DNA of 39,200 nucleotides from Candidatus Hodarchaeota archaeon (GCA_016839815.1 JAEOTM010000084.1:1-39200); one strand, 5' to 3'. Positions 1 to 8,920 are shown, counted from the first letter of the stretch. Notes: generated by a model not told the origin, from the letters alone. Numbers and translations: made by a program.

Positions 1-2
1 CC

Positions 3-917
3 ATGCTGGTTAACGCTACATTAACAGATGTATCTACTACTAATTATGCTGCATCAATCACTTATTTCCTGTCATCAGACAATGGTGATCATTGGGAACA
101 GGTTTTTCCCAATTTTGAACATTCATTCGTGCATTTGGGTACACAACTGAAATGGAAAGCGGTACTTTCTACCACCCGCTGGCACCCCAAGGTGACTGCT
201 GAAATTTCGATGGTTTCAATTGACTTTGTATACCTTTTAAACTCCCCAACATTAACTTCACCAAGTTCTGGTTCTTCTACATCAGATAGTACTCCCATTT
301 TTACATGGGGAGCTATTCCTGCTGCTGCTGGTTACCGGATTCAGCTGGACACTGTTCCACATTTCAACTCCAGTGACTTTTTTTCTGATGAAGAAGGTTC
401 AACTTCGTATGCACCTTCAATTGCTCTAGCTGATGGAGTTTGGTACTGGCGAGTAGCAGCAATCGATTCTTATGGGGATGAAGGATTCTTTTCAGACTCC
501 TTGAGTGTAATAGTTGATACACAAGCTCCTACGCTTAATAATCCCTCCGATATTACTTACGAAGAAGGTAATTCTGGTAATACTATCATATGGTCTCCTT
601 CGGATAGCAATCCAACTAGCTACACCATTATTCGGAATGGTGTTCAAGTACAAACCGATAGTTGGGATGGGGGCGATATCTCTATAGATGTTGATGGCCT
701 TTCTGCTGGAACATACAATTACGTTTGCACAGTCACTGACGTAAACAACTTGAGTACGACTGATACAGTCGTTGTTACAGTAACTGCACCTATAACCTCT
801 ACTTCAGTAGATACTACTCCTAGTACAACTCCTGCCTTTGGATTATTTATGGTTCTAATCAGCTTATTATTTTTACAAGCTAAAGTTATAGGAAGACGGA
901 GGAAAGAAGACTGGTAG
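3..917 (+). CDS. C-terminal part of a cell-surface protein with Ig/FN3-like beta-sandwich domains, Thr-rich linker and C-terminal membrane anchor (PGF-CTERM-like sorting signal); probably 5'-truncated by the window edge
   Basis: Beta-rich repeats (PTLTSP..TPIFTW..YRIQLD..WYWRVAAID; DTQAP..GTYNYVCTVTD), then TTPSTTPAF + hydrophobic segment + RRRK. No signal peptide at the visible start. Confidence 0.8.
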   Translation: MLVNATLTDVSTTNYAASITYFLSSDNGDHWEQVFPNFEHSFVHLGTQLKWKAVLSTTRWHPKVTAEISMVSIDFVYLLNSPTLTSPSSGSSTSDSTPIFTWGAIPAAAGYRIQLDTVPHFNSSDFFSDEEGSTSYAPSIALADGVWYWRVAAIDSYGDEGFFSDSLSVIVDTQAPTLNNPSDITYEEGNSGNTIIWSPSDSNPTSYTIIRNGVQVQTDSWDGGDISIDVDGLSAGTYNYVCTVTDVNNLSTTDTVVVTVTAPITSTSVDTTPSTTPAFGLFMVLISLLFLQAKVIGRRRKEDW

Positions 918-1124
918 GGAGTTAAACCCCTATATTATCAATTACTATATTTTCAATTGATTCGACATGGAATTGAGTAGTTTTAGGAGAGATTTCCATA
1001 TGTTGAACATAAATTAATAATTCTCCATCCAGAATAATACTCAAGATATAGAATTTTTATTCTGTTGTATATTTTTAGGAAAAAAGCTATTCGATGCTGC
1101 AACGTATGATTTTTACATTTTTAC

Positions 1125-1427
1125 TTAATTTTCCCATTTTCTCAGCTTGATAGCTCTTTTGGGGCAGATCTTTACACACGCTCCACATGCTACACAGTTT
1201 TCTGGATAAATTACAAACGCTTGTCTCCCTCTATGGAGAAAAACTAAGAATTTTCTACCTATTGAAAGAGTTTTTTTTCTTTTTTTTGTTAATTTACGTA
1301 GTTCAATGATATTTTCAGGACATTCCTCAATGCAGTCTACCTTTCCAAAAGGAGAGGGAAGACATCTGTCGTGATCTATCACAGGTCTTACTTTTGATTT
1401 TCTGAGAATGCTCATTGGTTTTTCCAC
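1125..1427 (-). CDS. 4Fe-4S dicluster-type ferredoxin
   Basis: Canonical CVACGACVKICP plus an N-terminal degenerate motif (DHDRC...GKVDCIEECP). Alternative ATG start at 1415. Confidence 0.85.
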   Translation of the reverse strand: MEKPMSILRKSKVRPVIDHDRCLPSPFGKVDCIEECPENIIELRKLTKKRKKTLSIGRKFLVFLHRGRQAFVIYPENCVACGACVKICPKRAIKLRKWEN

Positions 1428-1695
1428 TTTTTATATTCTGGATTATTGTTATTAAATATTCACCTATGTAGGCGTAAAATAAATAGCTATTGTGAATTTT
1501 GACAGTAATCCTTACCATTTTTATGAAGAAAAAAGCTTTGAATAAGAGAATGGGGTTGATTTTACTAAAGAAGAAGGTAATCAATCACCAAGGTTAGGGG
1601 GATAGTAACAAAATCTTTAAAGGTCACTATTCTCATTTTTTTCCCCTAATACAAACATCAATCAAGAATAGGGGGTTCCAGAAAGGATGTCTTGG

Positions 1696-1741
1696 TATAT
1701 ATCTAGGTATATACTTTTCCTATCTAAATGTGCGATGGACG
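1696..1741. repeat. 46-bp imperfect direct repeat, copy A (palindromic TATATA-N6-TATATA core)
   Basis: TATATATCTAGGTATATACTTTTCCTATCTAAATGTGCGATGGACG matches 3287-3332 at 38/46 positions, ungapped. Confidence 0.8.
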
Positions 1742-1796
1742 GAGTTCTTGGTAGTATTAAAAACAATTTTTCACTTTTAACTAAATGAATAGACTG

Positions 1797-1836
1797 TATA
1801 AAAACTCGTTCTACAAGTTGAACACCTACTGTTCAA
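1797..1836 (+). promoter_or_regulatory. Putative TATA box (TATAAAAA, 1797-1804) followed by palindromic operator TTGAACA-CCTAC-TGTTCAA (1818-1836)
   Basis: Perfect 7-5-7 inverted repeat at the expected transcription start, upstream of the 1876/2737 gene pair that encodes a wHTH protein. Confidence 0.55.
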
Positions 1837-1875
1837 AGTATAGGATTATATTCAAAAATATATTAGGAATTTTCG

Positions 1876-2703
1876 GTGCATAAAGTGGAAAAGATGAATC
1901 TGAATATTGTCTTAGGATTTGGTTTAACGTCTATATTAACATTTAGCGGTATATTTATCACTCCATTATTACTCACAGATTACTTTTTTCCTGCAGAACA
2001 AGAAAATGAATTCTTGAACCGCAAATACGATTTTAGTTTTGATTTTCATAATCTTTCAACATTTCCTCTTCCAATCAATTCATTACAAGTTGCTTATAGA
2101 GAATTTAATAGTAGCTATCTAAATCATTCCGATCCTTATCTAGTGGCAGTTTGGTTTTTACGTGATTCCCAAGCACATCCAGAAAAAGAGGATTACCATG
2201 ATAATTGCTCCACATGGAAAGTAATTGCACATCCAGGATTAGAATATAATGAATGGAATGTAAGCACATGGCATGGGACAAATAATCCTCCAATATATAT
2301 CCATAACACCTATATTGCTTACGAGGTTATGTTTTTCACTCAATTAGTACTTGACGCCACAAAGACTATGCCAACACTCAATTTTTCAACCCTAGGATAT
2401 CCTCGTCTCTCAAATAATACTGTAGGTCAACATATGAATGATTATATTGTTCCAGAACACTGGATTCTATCCCTTACGATTACTTTTGAGAATGCAACAT
2501 CGATAAACATTGATGTGCATAAAGATGGTTGGTTACAACACACCAAGCATGAACCAATAGACTGGACACCATACGGTGAGAGTTTTACAATTTATAGCTC
2601 AGGTGAATCAATCTATATGGATTATGGAGTTCACCTAGAAGACTTTCATCGTGCTTTTAGTGACTATGCTAAAACTCATATATGGCATATTAACAAAGAT
2701 TAG
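1876..2703 (+). CDS. Hypothetical exported/membrane-anchored protein
   Basis: N-terminal hydrophobic segment (IVLGFGLTSILTFSGIFITPLLL) and several N-x-S/T sequons; no recognised family. Alternative ATG at 1894. Confidence 0.7.
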   Translation: MHKVEKMNLNIVLGFGLTSILTFSGIFITPLLLTDYFFPAEQENEFLNRKYDFSFDFHNLSTFPLPINSLQVAYREFNSSYLNHSDPYLVAVWFLRDSQAHPEKEDYHDNCSTWKVIAHPGLEYNEWNVSTWHGTNNPPIYIHNTYIAYEVMFFTQLVLDATKTMPTLNFSTLGYPRLSNNTVGQHMNDYIVPEHWILSLTITFENATSINIDVHKDGWLQHTKHEPIDWTPYGESFTIYSSGESIYMDYGVHLEDFHRAFSDYAKTHIWHINKD

Positions 2704-2736
2704 AGCGTTTGTCAACCATTAAGCAAGTTGATCTAA

Positions 2737-3246
2737 GTGGAAGAAAACACAGATATCTTCGATTCAGAAATCACTGGTTCATCACTAGGAAGAACGGAAA
2801 TCGAGAGGATTAGAAAAGAAGTTAAAGGAAAAACTCTCCGAGTATACTTATTACTTGCACGAGCAGCTGATAGTGATTTTGGAGTACGGGAGGTTTTTCA
2901 TAACCTGAACTTTAGTAGTGTTTCATTAGCTGCTTATCATCTAAATAAGCTCGAATCTCTAAATCTGGTGAGAAAAACCAGTAATAATCGATATAAAGCA
3001 AGTAAACTATTGCCTTTAGGTGCTTATGAAGATTTTTTTGTTTTAAAGGGAAAGTATTTGCCTAAAGAAGCTTTTTTTCTTGCATTTTTCACATCATCAC
3101 TTTTTCTTGCTATTCTCTTTTTTTTCCTAAAAATATGGGAACCGATGTTAACACTTCTCCTAGCAAATGCAATTTTAGGAACTACTTATTCTTGGATGCG
3201 CTTTATTTCACTTTATAAACGTAAAGACGAAGAAGAACTAAAATAG
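2737..3246 (+). CDS. Membrane-tethered winged-helix transcription regulator
   Basis: GKTLRVYLLL...GVREV...LNFSSVSLAAYHLNKLESLNLV wHTH followed by two C-terminal hydrophobic helices and a charged tail. Confidence 0.8.
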   Translation: MEENTDIFDSEITGSSLGRTEIERIRKEVKGKTLRVYLLLARAADSDFGVREVFHNLNFSSVSLAAYHLNKLESLNLVRKTSNNRYKASKLLPLGAYEDFFVLKGKYLPKEAFFLAFFTSSLFLAILFFFLKIWEPMLTLLLANAILGTTYSWMRFISLYKRKDEEELK

Positions 3247-3286
3247 AATTCATTAAATAAAAAGGAAGTTTGTTTAGATTTCAAGC

Positions 3287-3332
3287 TATATACCGATGTA
3301 TATACTTTTCTTGTCTAAATGTGTGTTTGACG
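3287..3332. repeat. 46-bp imperfect direct repeat, copy B
   Basis: TATATACCGATGTATATACTTTTCTTGTCTAAATGTGTGTTTGACG; 38/46 identical to 1696-1741. Confidence 0.8.
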
Positions 3333-3416
3333 ATGCTTAATCAAATATGTAACAACCGAATATCACCCCATGACTTTCTCTTATAGAAAGTTCTTGGAAT
3401 AATTTGTTTTTCTTCT

Positions 3417-4808
3417 TCATTCAACTCTATTCACTTTTTTCCGATATCCAAGAACAAATATCATCCCTCTCTGACCTACATCTCGTCCCATATCATTGTC
3501 GTCCACGAATGAACATGATACATTCCAACCAACTGAATCAAAGAATGATGGTACATCCTGTTTCTTTATCCCCCAGAGAAAATGTCTAGCAAATGGACCG
3601 AACTCCATCATGGCCAACATAGGAACGCAAACATCTACAAAGAGTTTACTTTCTTCCCCACTTATTTTTGCCATCTCATTCAAGAGTGAAATAATTAAAT
3701 CCTTTTCTAAGTAATAGACAAGTCCTTCTAATATCCAAAATGTAGGAATGTTTGATAAGAATCCGGCCTCGCGTAATTTTGACATTAAATTATTAACCAT
3801 TGAGATATCTGCTGATATCCGAACCATATGACATAGTGGTTCTTCTTCTTGTAGAATTTCTTCTTTATATCTGTTTACTGTTTCAAAATCAACTTCAAAT
3901 ATTGTATGCTTATTAATAAGTAAAGGTTTGAACCTATAAGCGCGTGTATCCAACCCAGCACCCAAAAGAACGATTTGAGATTCCCTGATAGTATTACACC
4001 AATGAGTTAGAAGTTTTTTCTCGATAAAATATGGACGTACTATTGTATAATCACTCTTTGATTGATGTCTGTGTTTTTGAAGATAACTTTGAAGATCACC
4101 TGCTAAACGTTCTGCAAATGGATCAATTATTAGTGGGGATTCATTATTCATTTCCTGAGCACGATAATAAGCGATTAATCGAGCAGTAAATGGTACTCCC
4201 GTTTTCCTACCATTAGAAGGGATTTCCAGTTGTAAGTTGGTATCTTTTACTTTGAATTGGATTGGATCAATGATTATCTCGGTTTGTAGAAAGTTAATCT
4301 GGGATTCTAGAAAATTTGGATTGTCTTCTATAAAGACTCTAATCTGCTCAGATGTCTTTATCTCGTTGATCTCATCCCTTATATATTTTAAATAATTAAA
4401 AATATCTTGAAAACTGTTTATATTCTGTGATAGCTTTTCTGAGGTCAGGTTTTGCGGTCGTGAAAATTGATCCACTTCCAAACCAGAAGCTCTACAATAT
4501 ACTAGTTCTAATATTGCCTTAAGGTATCCTGATACATAAGCTACCTCTTCTTCGAAAGGAATTTCTTCTGTTATTAGCTTAGTTGAGAAAGGATCACGTA
4601 ACAATCTGGGGGAAATTATTCCTATTTCTCTAGGATCGCGTAAATCCATCGCAATCTTTTCTAAGTAGATTTTCACTCTTTTCATGAAATCAAGATAAGT
4701 GGATAATCCAACTCTTGGATCTTTATTATAATCTTCAATGATCTTCGTAATTTCGGGAAGAATTATCCTTGTAACCTCTATTGCAAAAACTTGCCTCTCA
4801 AGCTCCAT
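3417..4808 (-). CDS. SAM-dependent methyltransferase (leucine carboxyl methyltransferase-like family) with a ~200-aa N-terminal extension
   Basis: TARLIAYYRAQE, DPFAERLAG, QIVLLGAGLDTRAYR, FEVD and WILEGLVYYL motifs in the C-terminal ~260 aa. Confidence 0.85.
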   Translation of the reverse strand: MELERQVFAIEVTRIILPEITKIIEDYNKDPRVGLSTYLDFMKRVKIYLEKIAMDLRDPREIGIISPRLLRDPFSTKLITEEIPFEEEVAYVSGYLKAILELVYCRASGLEVDQFSRPQNLTSEKLSQNINSFQDIFNYLKYIRDEINEIKTSEQIRVFIEDNPNFLESQINFLQTEIIIDPIQFKVKDTNLQLEIPSNGRKTGVPFTARLIAYYRAQEMNNESPLIIDPFAERLAGDLQSYLQKHRHQSKSDYTIVRPYFIEKKLLTHWCNTIRESQIVLLGAGLDTRAYRFKPLLINKHTIFEVDFETVNRYKEEILQEEEPLCHMVRISADISMVNNLMSKLREAGFLSNIPTFWILEGLVYYLEKDLIISLLNEMAKISGEESKLFVDVCVPMLAMMEFGPFARHFLWGIKKQDVPSFFDSVGWNVSCSFVDDNDMGRDVGQRGMIFVLGYRKKVNRVE

Positions 4809-4972
4809 GAAAATTCCCAGATTCGTCTAATTTTCTCTTTTTTTGATATATATTACTTAATTGTGCTTATTCAAAAAAGAATCAAATAAATTAGTATGCA
4901 ATATATTACTTGTTTAATATTTTTTGAGTACAATATGCGTTTGAGGACATTGACGATTTTGATGATATCGAA

Positions 4973-5665
4973 TTATCGGTAGTTTTTTATGAAGTCCTCC
5001 ATCTGGAATGGGTTACCATGACCAGGATACACTGTTTTTAATATGAAAGTTCTCAGTTTATCTATACTAGCATTAAGTTCCACAGTATTATCGATCAAAG
5101 AGCACTTAACTGGTCCTCGTTTTTTATTATTTTCAAGTAAGTCACCAATAAACAGATTTCCCTCCCTTGTAAGAAATCCAATAGATCCATTAGAGTGTCC
5201 AGGGAGATGAACAACTTTAGCGTTAAATCCATACTCAGAAAGATCATCCCCTTCCTCGAGATATATATCTGGAGTAAAATGGTCATCTTTCTTCAAGTTC
5301 ATTCTTAACAATGGTAACAATATTTTTACTAGCATTCTAATGATTATATTACGACTCTTTCTGGAATAGAAGAGATCTCCATATTCAACCATCCCTAGAT
5401 CGTCTTTATGCATCGCTATTTTACTTTGATATTTTTCACGGAAATATGCACCATTACCTGTATGGTCAAAATCTCCGTGAGTCAACAAGATCAATGTTAA
5501 ATCCCCAAGTTGGACACCCATCTCATCAAGTGCTTTTTCAATATTGACACGTTGATTAGAATACCCAGTGTCAACCAAGATATAACTGTCTTTAGTTTTT
5601 ATAAGGTAACAATTAACATTTCTAAAAGTAATGGTTCTAATTAAGCCAAAAGTAGTTTCATTCAA
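4973..5665 (-). CDS. MBL-fold metallo-hydrolase
   Basis: VNCYLI, LVDTG, THGDFDHTG (HxDxDH variant of HxHxDH), PGHS, GD and PGHG motifs; TTG start with GAGGT RBS. Confidence 0.9.
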   Translation of the reverse strand: MNETTFGLIRTITFRNVNCYLIKTKDSYILVDTGYSNQRVNIEKALDEMGVQLGDLTLILLTHGDFDHTGNGAYFREKYQSKIAMHKDDLGMVEYGDLFYSRKSRNIIIRMLVKILLPLLRMNLKKDDHFTPDIYLEEGDDLSEYGFNAKVVHLPGHSNGSIGFLTREGNLFIGDLLENNKKRGPVKCSLIDNTVELNASIDKLRTFILKTVYPGHGNPFQMEDFIKNYR

Positions 5666-5686
5666 TATTCTTTACCTCTAAGTTGA

Positions 5687-6295
5687 TTATTTTACTAGAT
5701 CATTTGAAACCTCAAAATTTAATCTCGTAGATATTGAGGGAATCTTGTTTAAAACGAATGAGACGATCAACCAGCCTATAGTTAGATACATAAAAATGAA
5801 TTTGAGAAGTGCAAATGTCGAATGTGCCATAGCAAACCAATTTGGGAAACCCACGGGATTAACAGTCATCGAAAGGAGGAATACATTTTCTACTGCATCA
5901 CAGATAGCACTTATTACGCCAATCCATGCAACTATCTTATTAGCATTCAGAACTAAACTTCCTTGTCGATAGTTCCAGGAAAGATATCTAGCACTACAAT
6001 AGAAAAAACAACCGTAAGAGATCAAAAAAGCATAATCCATGAGATTTCCTAGAATGAAGAGTGAGAGATCTTCAGATTTCATCATAGCAAAATGTGTTTT
6101 AATAATTTCAGCACTAAATCCTAACTGGGTGTCATCCATTGTACCAGGATATCCAGATAGTTCCAATAGTAGTATTACAAGAGTGGCTGAGATTACCATT
6201 ACTGGTAGGCAAATATATATCAGTTGTTTAATCAGTGGTTTTCTTAAGGCTTTTAAACTTTCATAAGTATCTTTCTCAGATTTTTTCCAGTTCAT
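5687..6295 (-). CDS. Hypothetical integral membrane protein (about 4 TM)
   Basis: Four hydrophobic segments, DYAFLISYG and CDAVEN motifs. Start moved from 6328 to ATG 6295 because a GGTGA RBS precedes it and the 6328 ATG lies inside an operator. Confidence 0.75.
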   Translation of the reverse strand: MNWKKSEKDTYESLKALRKPLIKQLIYICLPVMVISATLVILLLELSGYPGTMDDTQLGFSAEIIKTHFAMMKSEDLSLFILGNLMDYAFLISYGCFFYCSARYLSWNYRQGSLVLNANKIVAWIGVISAICDAVENVFLLSMTVNPVGFPNWFAMAHSTFALLKFIFMYLTIGWLIVSFVLNKIPSISTRLNFEVSNDLVK

Positions 6296-6310
6296 TTCTT
6301 TCACCCTTTT

Positions 6311-6330
6311 AATTGAATGATCGTTCATTT
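6311..6330. promoter_or_regulatory. TetR-type operator, copy 1
   Basis: AATTGAATGATCGTTCATTT near-palindrome; 19 bp (6314-6332) identical to 6356-6374. Confidence 0.8.
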
Positions 6331-6352
6331 ATGGAAGTACAAATACGTTTTT

Positions 6353-6378
6353 AAGTGAATGATCGTTCATTTATATAA
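6353..6378. promoter_or_regulatory. TetR-type operator, copy 2, overlapping TATA box TTATATAA (6371-6378)
   Basis: AAGTGAATGATCGTTCATTT near-palindrome 42 bp from copy 1, in the divergent region in front of tetR. Confidence 0.8.
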
Positions 6379-6425
6379 GTTTCGATTTCCCACAATTCTT
6401 AATGAATTTGAATTAAAGGAGATTT

Positions 6426-7013
6426 TTGCATCGAATGAGGCCTAAAGATCAAACCAAATATAATTCCATTATTAAAACTTCAATTGAACTGGTGAAAGAT
6501 CTAGGATTTACTGGTATTTCGATTTCTAAGATTGCTAAGCAAGCTAACATCTCTCCAGCTACAATTTACATCCATTTCAAGAACAGAGAAGACCTCTTCA
6601 CTAAGCTATATACAAAAATAAGAACTGACATGAGTAACGGAGCATTACAAGGCATCCAAGAAGAGATGGACATTGAAGAAGCTTTCAAATCTATCTGGAT
6701 TAATTACTTCTCATTTAGTCTTAGCCACCCTGATTATCTCATTTACCGTGAAAAATACGAACAGACCCCAATGATGGCAAATATCAAACTTGAAGATTTT
6801 AGATTGTATAATTATATTATAAATCTTTTTCAACGGGGAATAAAAGAACACATTATCAAAGATCTTCCAATTCCACTTCTGACATCTTTTGCTTTTGTCC
6901 CAATCATCACTTTACTAAACTTCCATCTTGAGGGGATGATTTACATGGATGAGAAGAATATTACTCAAGCCTATGAACTAGCATGGAATACAATTAAGAT
7001 TAGTGACCATTAA
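6426..7013 (+). CDS. TetR/AcrR family transcriptional regulator
   Basis: N-terminal HTH GFTGISISKIAKQANISPATIYIHFKNREDL. Alternative ATG at 6435. Confidence 0.95.
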   Translation: MHRMRPKDQTKYNSIIKTSIELVKDLGFTGISISKIAKQANISPATIYIHFKNREDLFTKLYTKIRTDMSNGALQGIQEEMDIEEAFKSIWINYFSFSLSHPDYLIYREKYEQTPMMANIKLEDFRLYNYIINLFQRGIKEHIIKDLPIPLLTSFAFVPIITLLNFHLEGMIYMDEKNITQAYELAWNTIKISDH

Positions 7014-7043
7014 CTCAATTCCATGTCAAAAAAAAGGAGGAAG

Positions 7044-8378
7044 TTAGTTCTTCTTCCTTTGATAGATTGTAAACGTTGTGAATGTCAGAATAATTAGAAA
7101 ACTTGTCAAATTAGTTGATTGTTGAGTCGTTGTAGTTGTACTTTCTGGTTTATCTGAAAGAGTTACAGAGGGTAGATCTGAAGTAGTAGTTGTAGTAGTC
7201 CTAGTAGTTGTTGTTGTAGGAAAAGTAATGTCTGCAATAATTGAGCTAAGAATAAAACCTTCAAAAACTGCTTGAATATTTCCATAATGGGGATATTCAC
7301 TCGCTGTAATGGTAGTCACCAGAGAATCATCCGGAACTACATATATGTTTTGTCCTCCGTGACCTATTGCATGGTAGTAATTATCCTTAATCCACCATTG
7401 ATACCCATAACCATTTCCAGGATTATAGTCTTGTATAGATTCGGAAACCCATGATGACGGAACAACCTGAACATTATTCCATTGTCCTTCATTCAAATAC
7501 AGATACCCAATTTTTGTCATATCGAAAGGTTGTAACCATAATCCTAGGCCTCCATTACTGATCCCTTGGGAATCATTATACCAGACATAATTTGTTATAC
7601 CTAAGTGATTAAACAAATATTGTTCAGCAAAAGATACGGTATTCATTCCCGTTTTGTTTTGAATGACTGCAGAAAGTAGATGTGATGGAGCAGTGGAATA
7701 AAAAAATTCAGTTCCTGGATTACTAACCATTGGTTTGTCTAGGATATATTGTACCCAATCAGAACTATTAAACATTTTTACCGTATCATGATCGGGATTC
7801 ATAGGCCAGCTATTCCAGTTAGGATCTGAACTATTAGTTAATAGTTCATAATCATGCTTGTCTACTGGATCATTCTTCATGACATTGATAGAACTCCACT
7901 CTAAACCGCTTTGCATTTTTAAAAGATGACGAATCGTAATAGCTTCTTTTCTCGAATCAACATTATCAAAAGATCTTTCAGTGAAAATATCTAAAATGGG
8001 TTCATCCAAGCTCGGGATAAACCCCTCTTCATGAGCGATACCAATAAGAATACTGATTACACTCTTTGTCACAGACCACATCAAGTGAATATCAGAATGA
8101 GTATAATAATCATAGTTCATCTCATATCCTAGATAGCCATACCTAATAATATGGATGCTATCGATTCCAATATCTTGAGTAATGATAGTCTGATTCATTG
8201 ATTCTAGCTTTGCTGGGTCTAATCCCAAACTCTCTGGTGTCTCTTTTCTCCATTCCTTATCTGGATAATACATTATCGTTCGAGTAGAATCAGGTTCAGC
8301 AATGATACCATCAAAACAATAAATACCTAATGTTGAACCTAAAAATAGAATTAATATTAGTGATTTGGAATATTTCAA
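7044..8378 (-). CDS. Surface-anchored serine hydrolase, beta-lactamase/AmpC-like family
   Basis: Signal peptide; SxxK (WSVTKS), ITIRHLLKMQSGL, PGTEFFYS, YGYQWW, AIGHGGQ; Thr-rich linker + TM + RKKN tail. Confidence 0.9.
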   Translation of the reverse strand: MKYSKSLILILFLGSTLGIYCFDGIIAEPDSTRTIMYYPDKEWRKETPESLGLDPAKLESMNQTIITQDIGIDSIHIIRYGYLGYEMNYDYYTHSDIHLMWSVTKSVISILIGIAHEEGFIPSLDEPILDIFTERSFDNVDSRKEAITIRHLLKMQSGLEWSSINVMKNDPVDKHDYELLTNSSDPNWNSWPMNPDHDTVKMFNSSDWVQYILDKPMVSNPGTEFFYSTAPSHLLSAVIQNKTGMNTVSFAEQYLFNHLGITNYVWYNDSQGISNGGLGLWLQPFDMTKIGYLYLNEGQWNNVQVVPSSWVSESIQDYNPGNGYGYQWWIKDNYYHAIGHGGQNIYVVPDDSLVTTITASEYPHYGNIQAVFEGFILSSIIADITFPTTTTTRTTTTTTSDLPSVTLSDKPESTTTTTQQSTNLTSFLIILTFTTFTIYQRKKN

Positions 8379-8552
8379 TCAACATCCCTCTTTTTTGAAA
8401 TATTGTTAGAGTATCTTTATCCTATAAAAAGCTTGTTTGGGTACTATTTCTTGATTCCTAACTTTGAAGTATTGTCCTTAAAGGATCTTACCCTGATCAG
8501 AAAATATAAGAATAGAAATTTTGTTCTCAAACTTGGTGTGAAAATGGTCTTC

Positions 8553-8574
8553 CACCTATTGATATGAATAGGTG
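8553..8574. other. Intergenic inverted repeat (8-bp arms, 6-bp spacer)
   Basis: CACCTATT-GATATG-AATAGGTG is a perfect inverted repeat in a ~540-bp divergent intergenic region; function unknown. Confidence 0.45.
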
Positions 8575-8920
8575 CGCTGTTAAGATGCGCGCTCTAATTT
8601 GATTAAATCTAAAGTAGGTTTTGACACAAAGGATTTTTTCTCTAAATCTGTAATTTTTATTCTAATTCCTTTCAGTGTAACAAGTTTACGGCCTAGATCT
8701 CCATTTAGAGTGGGTAGCTTTGTTCTTTTTGGTCATATTTTTCTTTTCAAAGATTAAATGGAAAGCGATCATACTACTCATAATATAGGCAAGATTTTTG
8801 GATTCACCTATCATTTTATCCAACGTGTTCTTTTCCTATTTTCAGCTAATCAGATTAGATCTATTCATCATCAAGTATCGATTATTAATCTAAACAAACT
8901 GAATAAGAAGGACGAGAATT

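Noticed and set aside
6296-6328. ORF-track start (MNDHS...) for the membrane protein
   Set aside because: That ATG is part of the operator palindrome; ATG 6295 has a GGTGA RBS.
7129-7218. GTA/GTT trinucleotide-like repeats
   Set aside because: They simply encode the Thr-rich linker of the serine hydrolase; not a CRISPR or independent repeat.
8491-8504. CCCTGATCAGAAAA resembling CCCCGATCAGAAAA at 22711-22724
   Set aside because: A 13/14 match without clean extension is within chance for AT-rich intergenic DNA.
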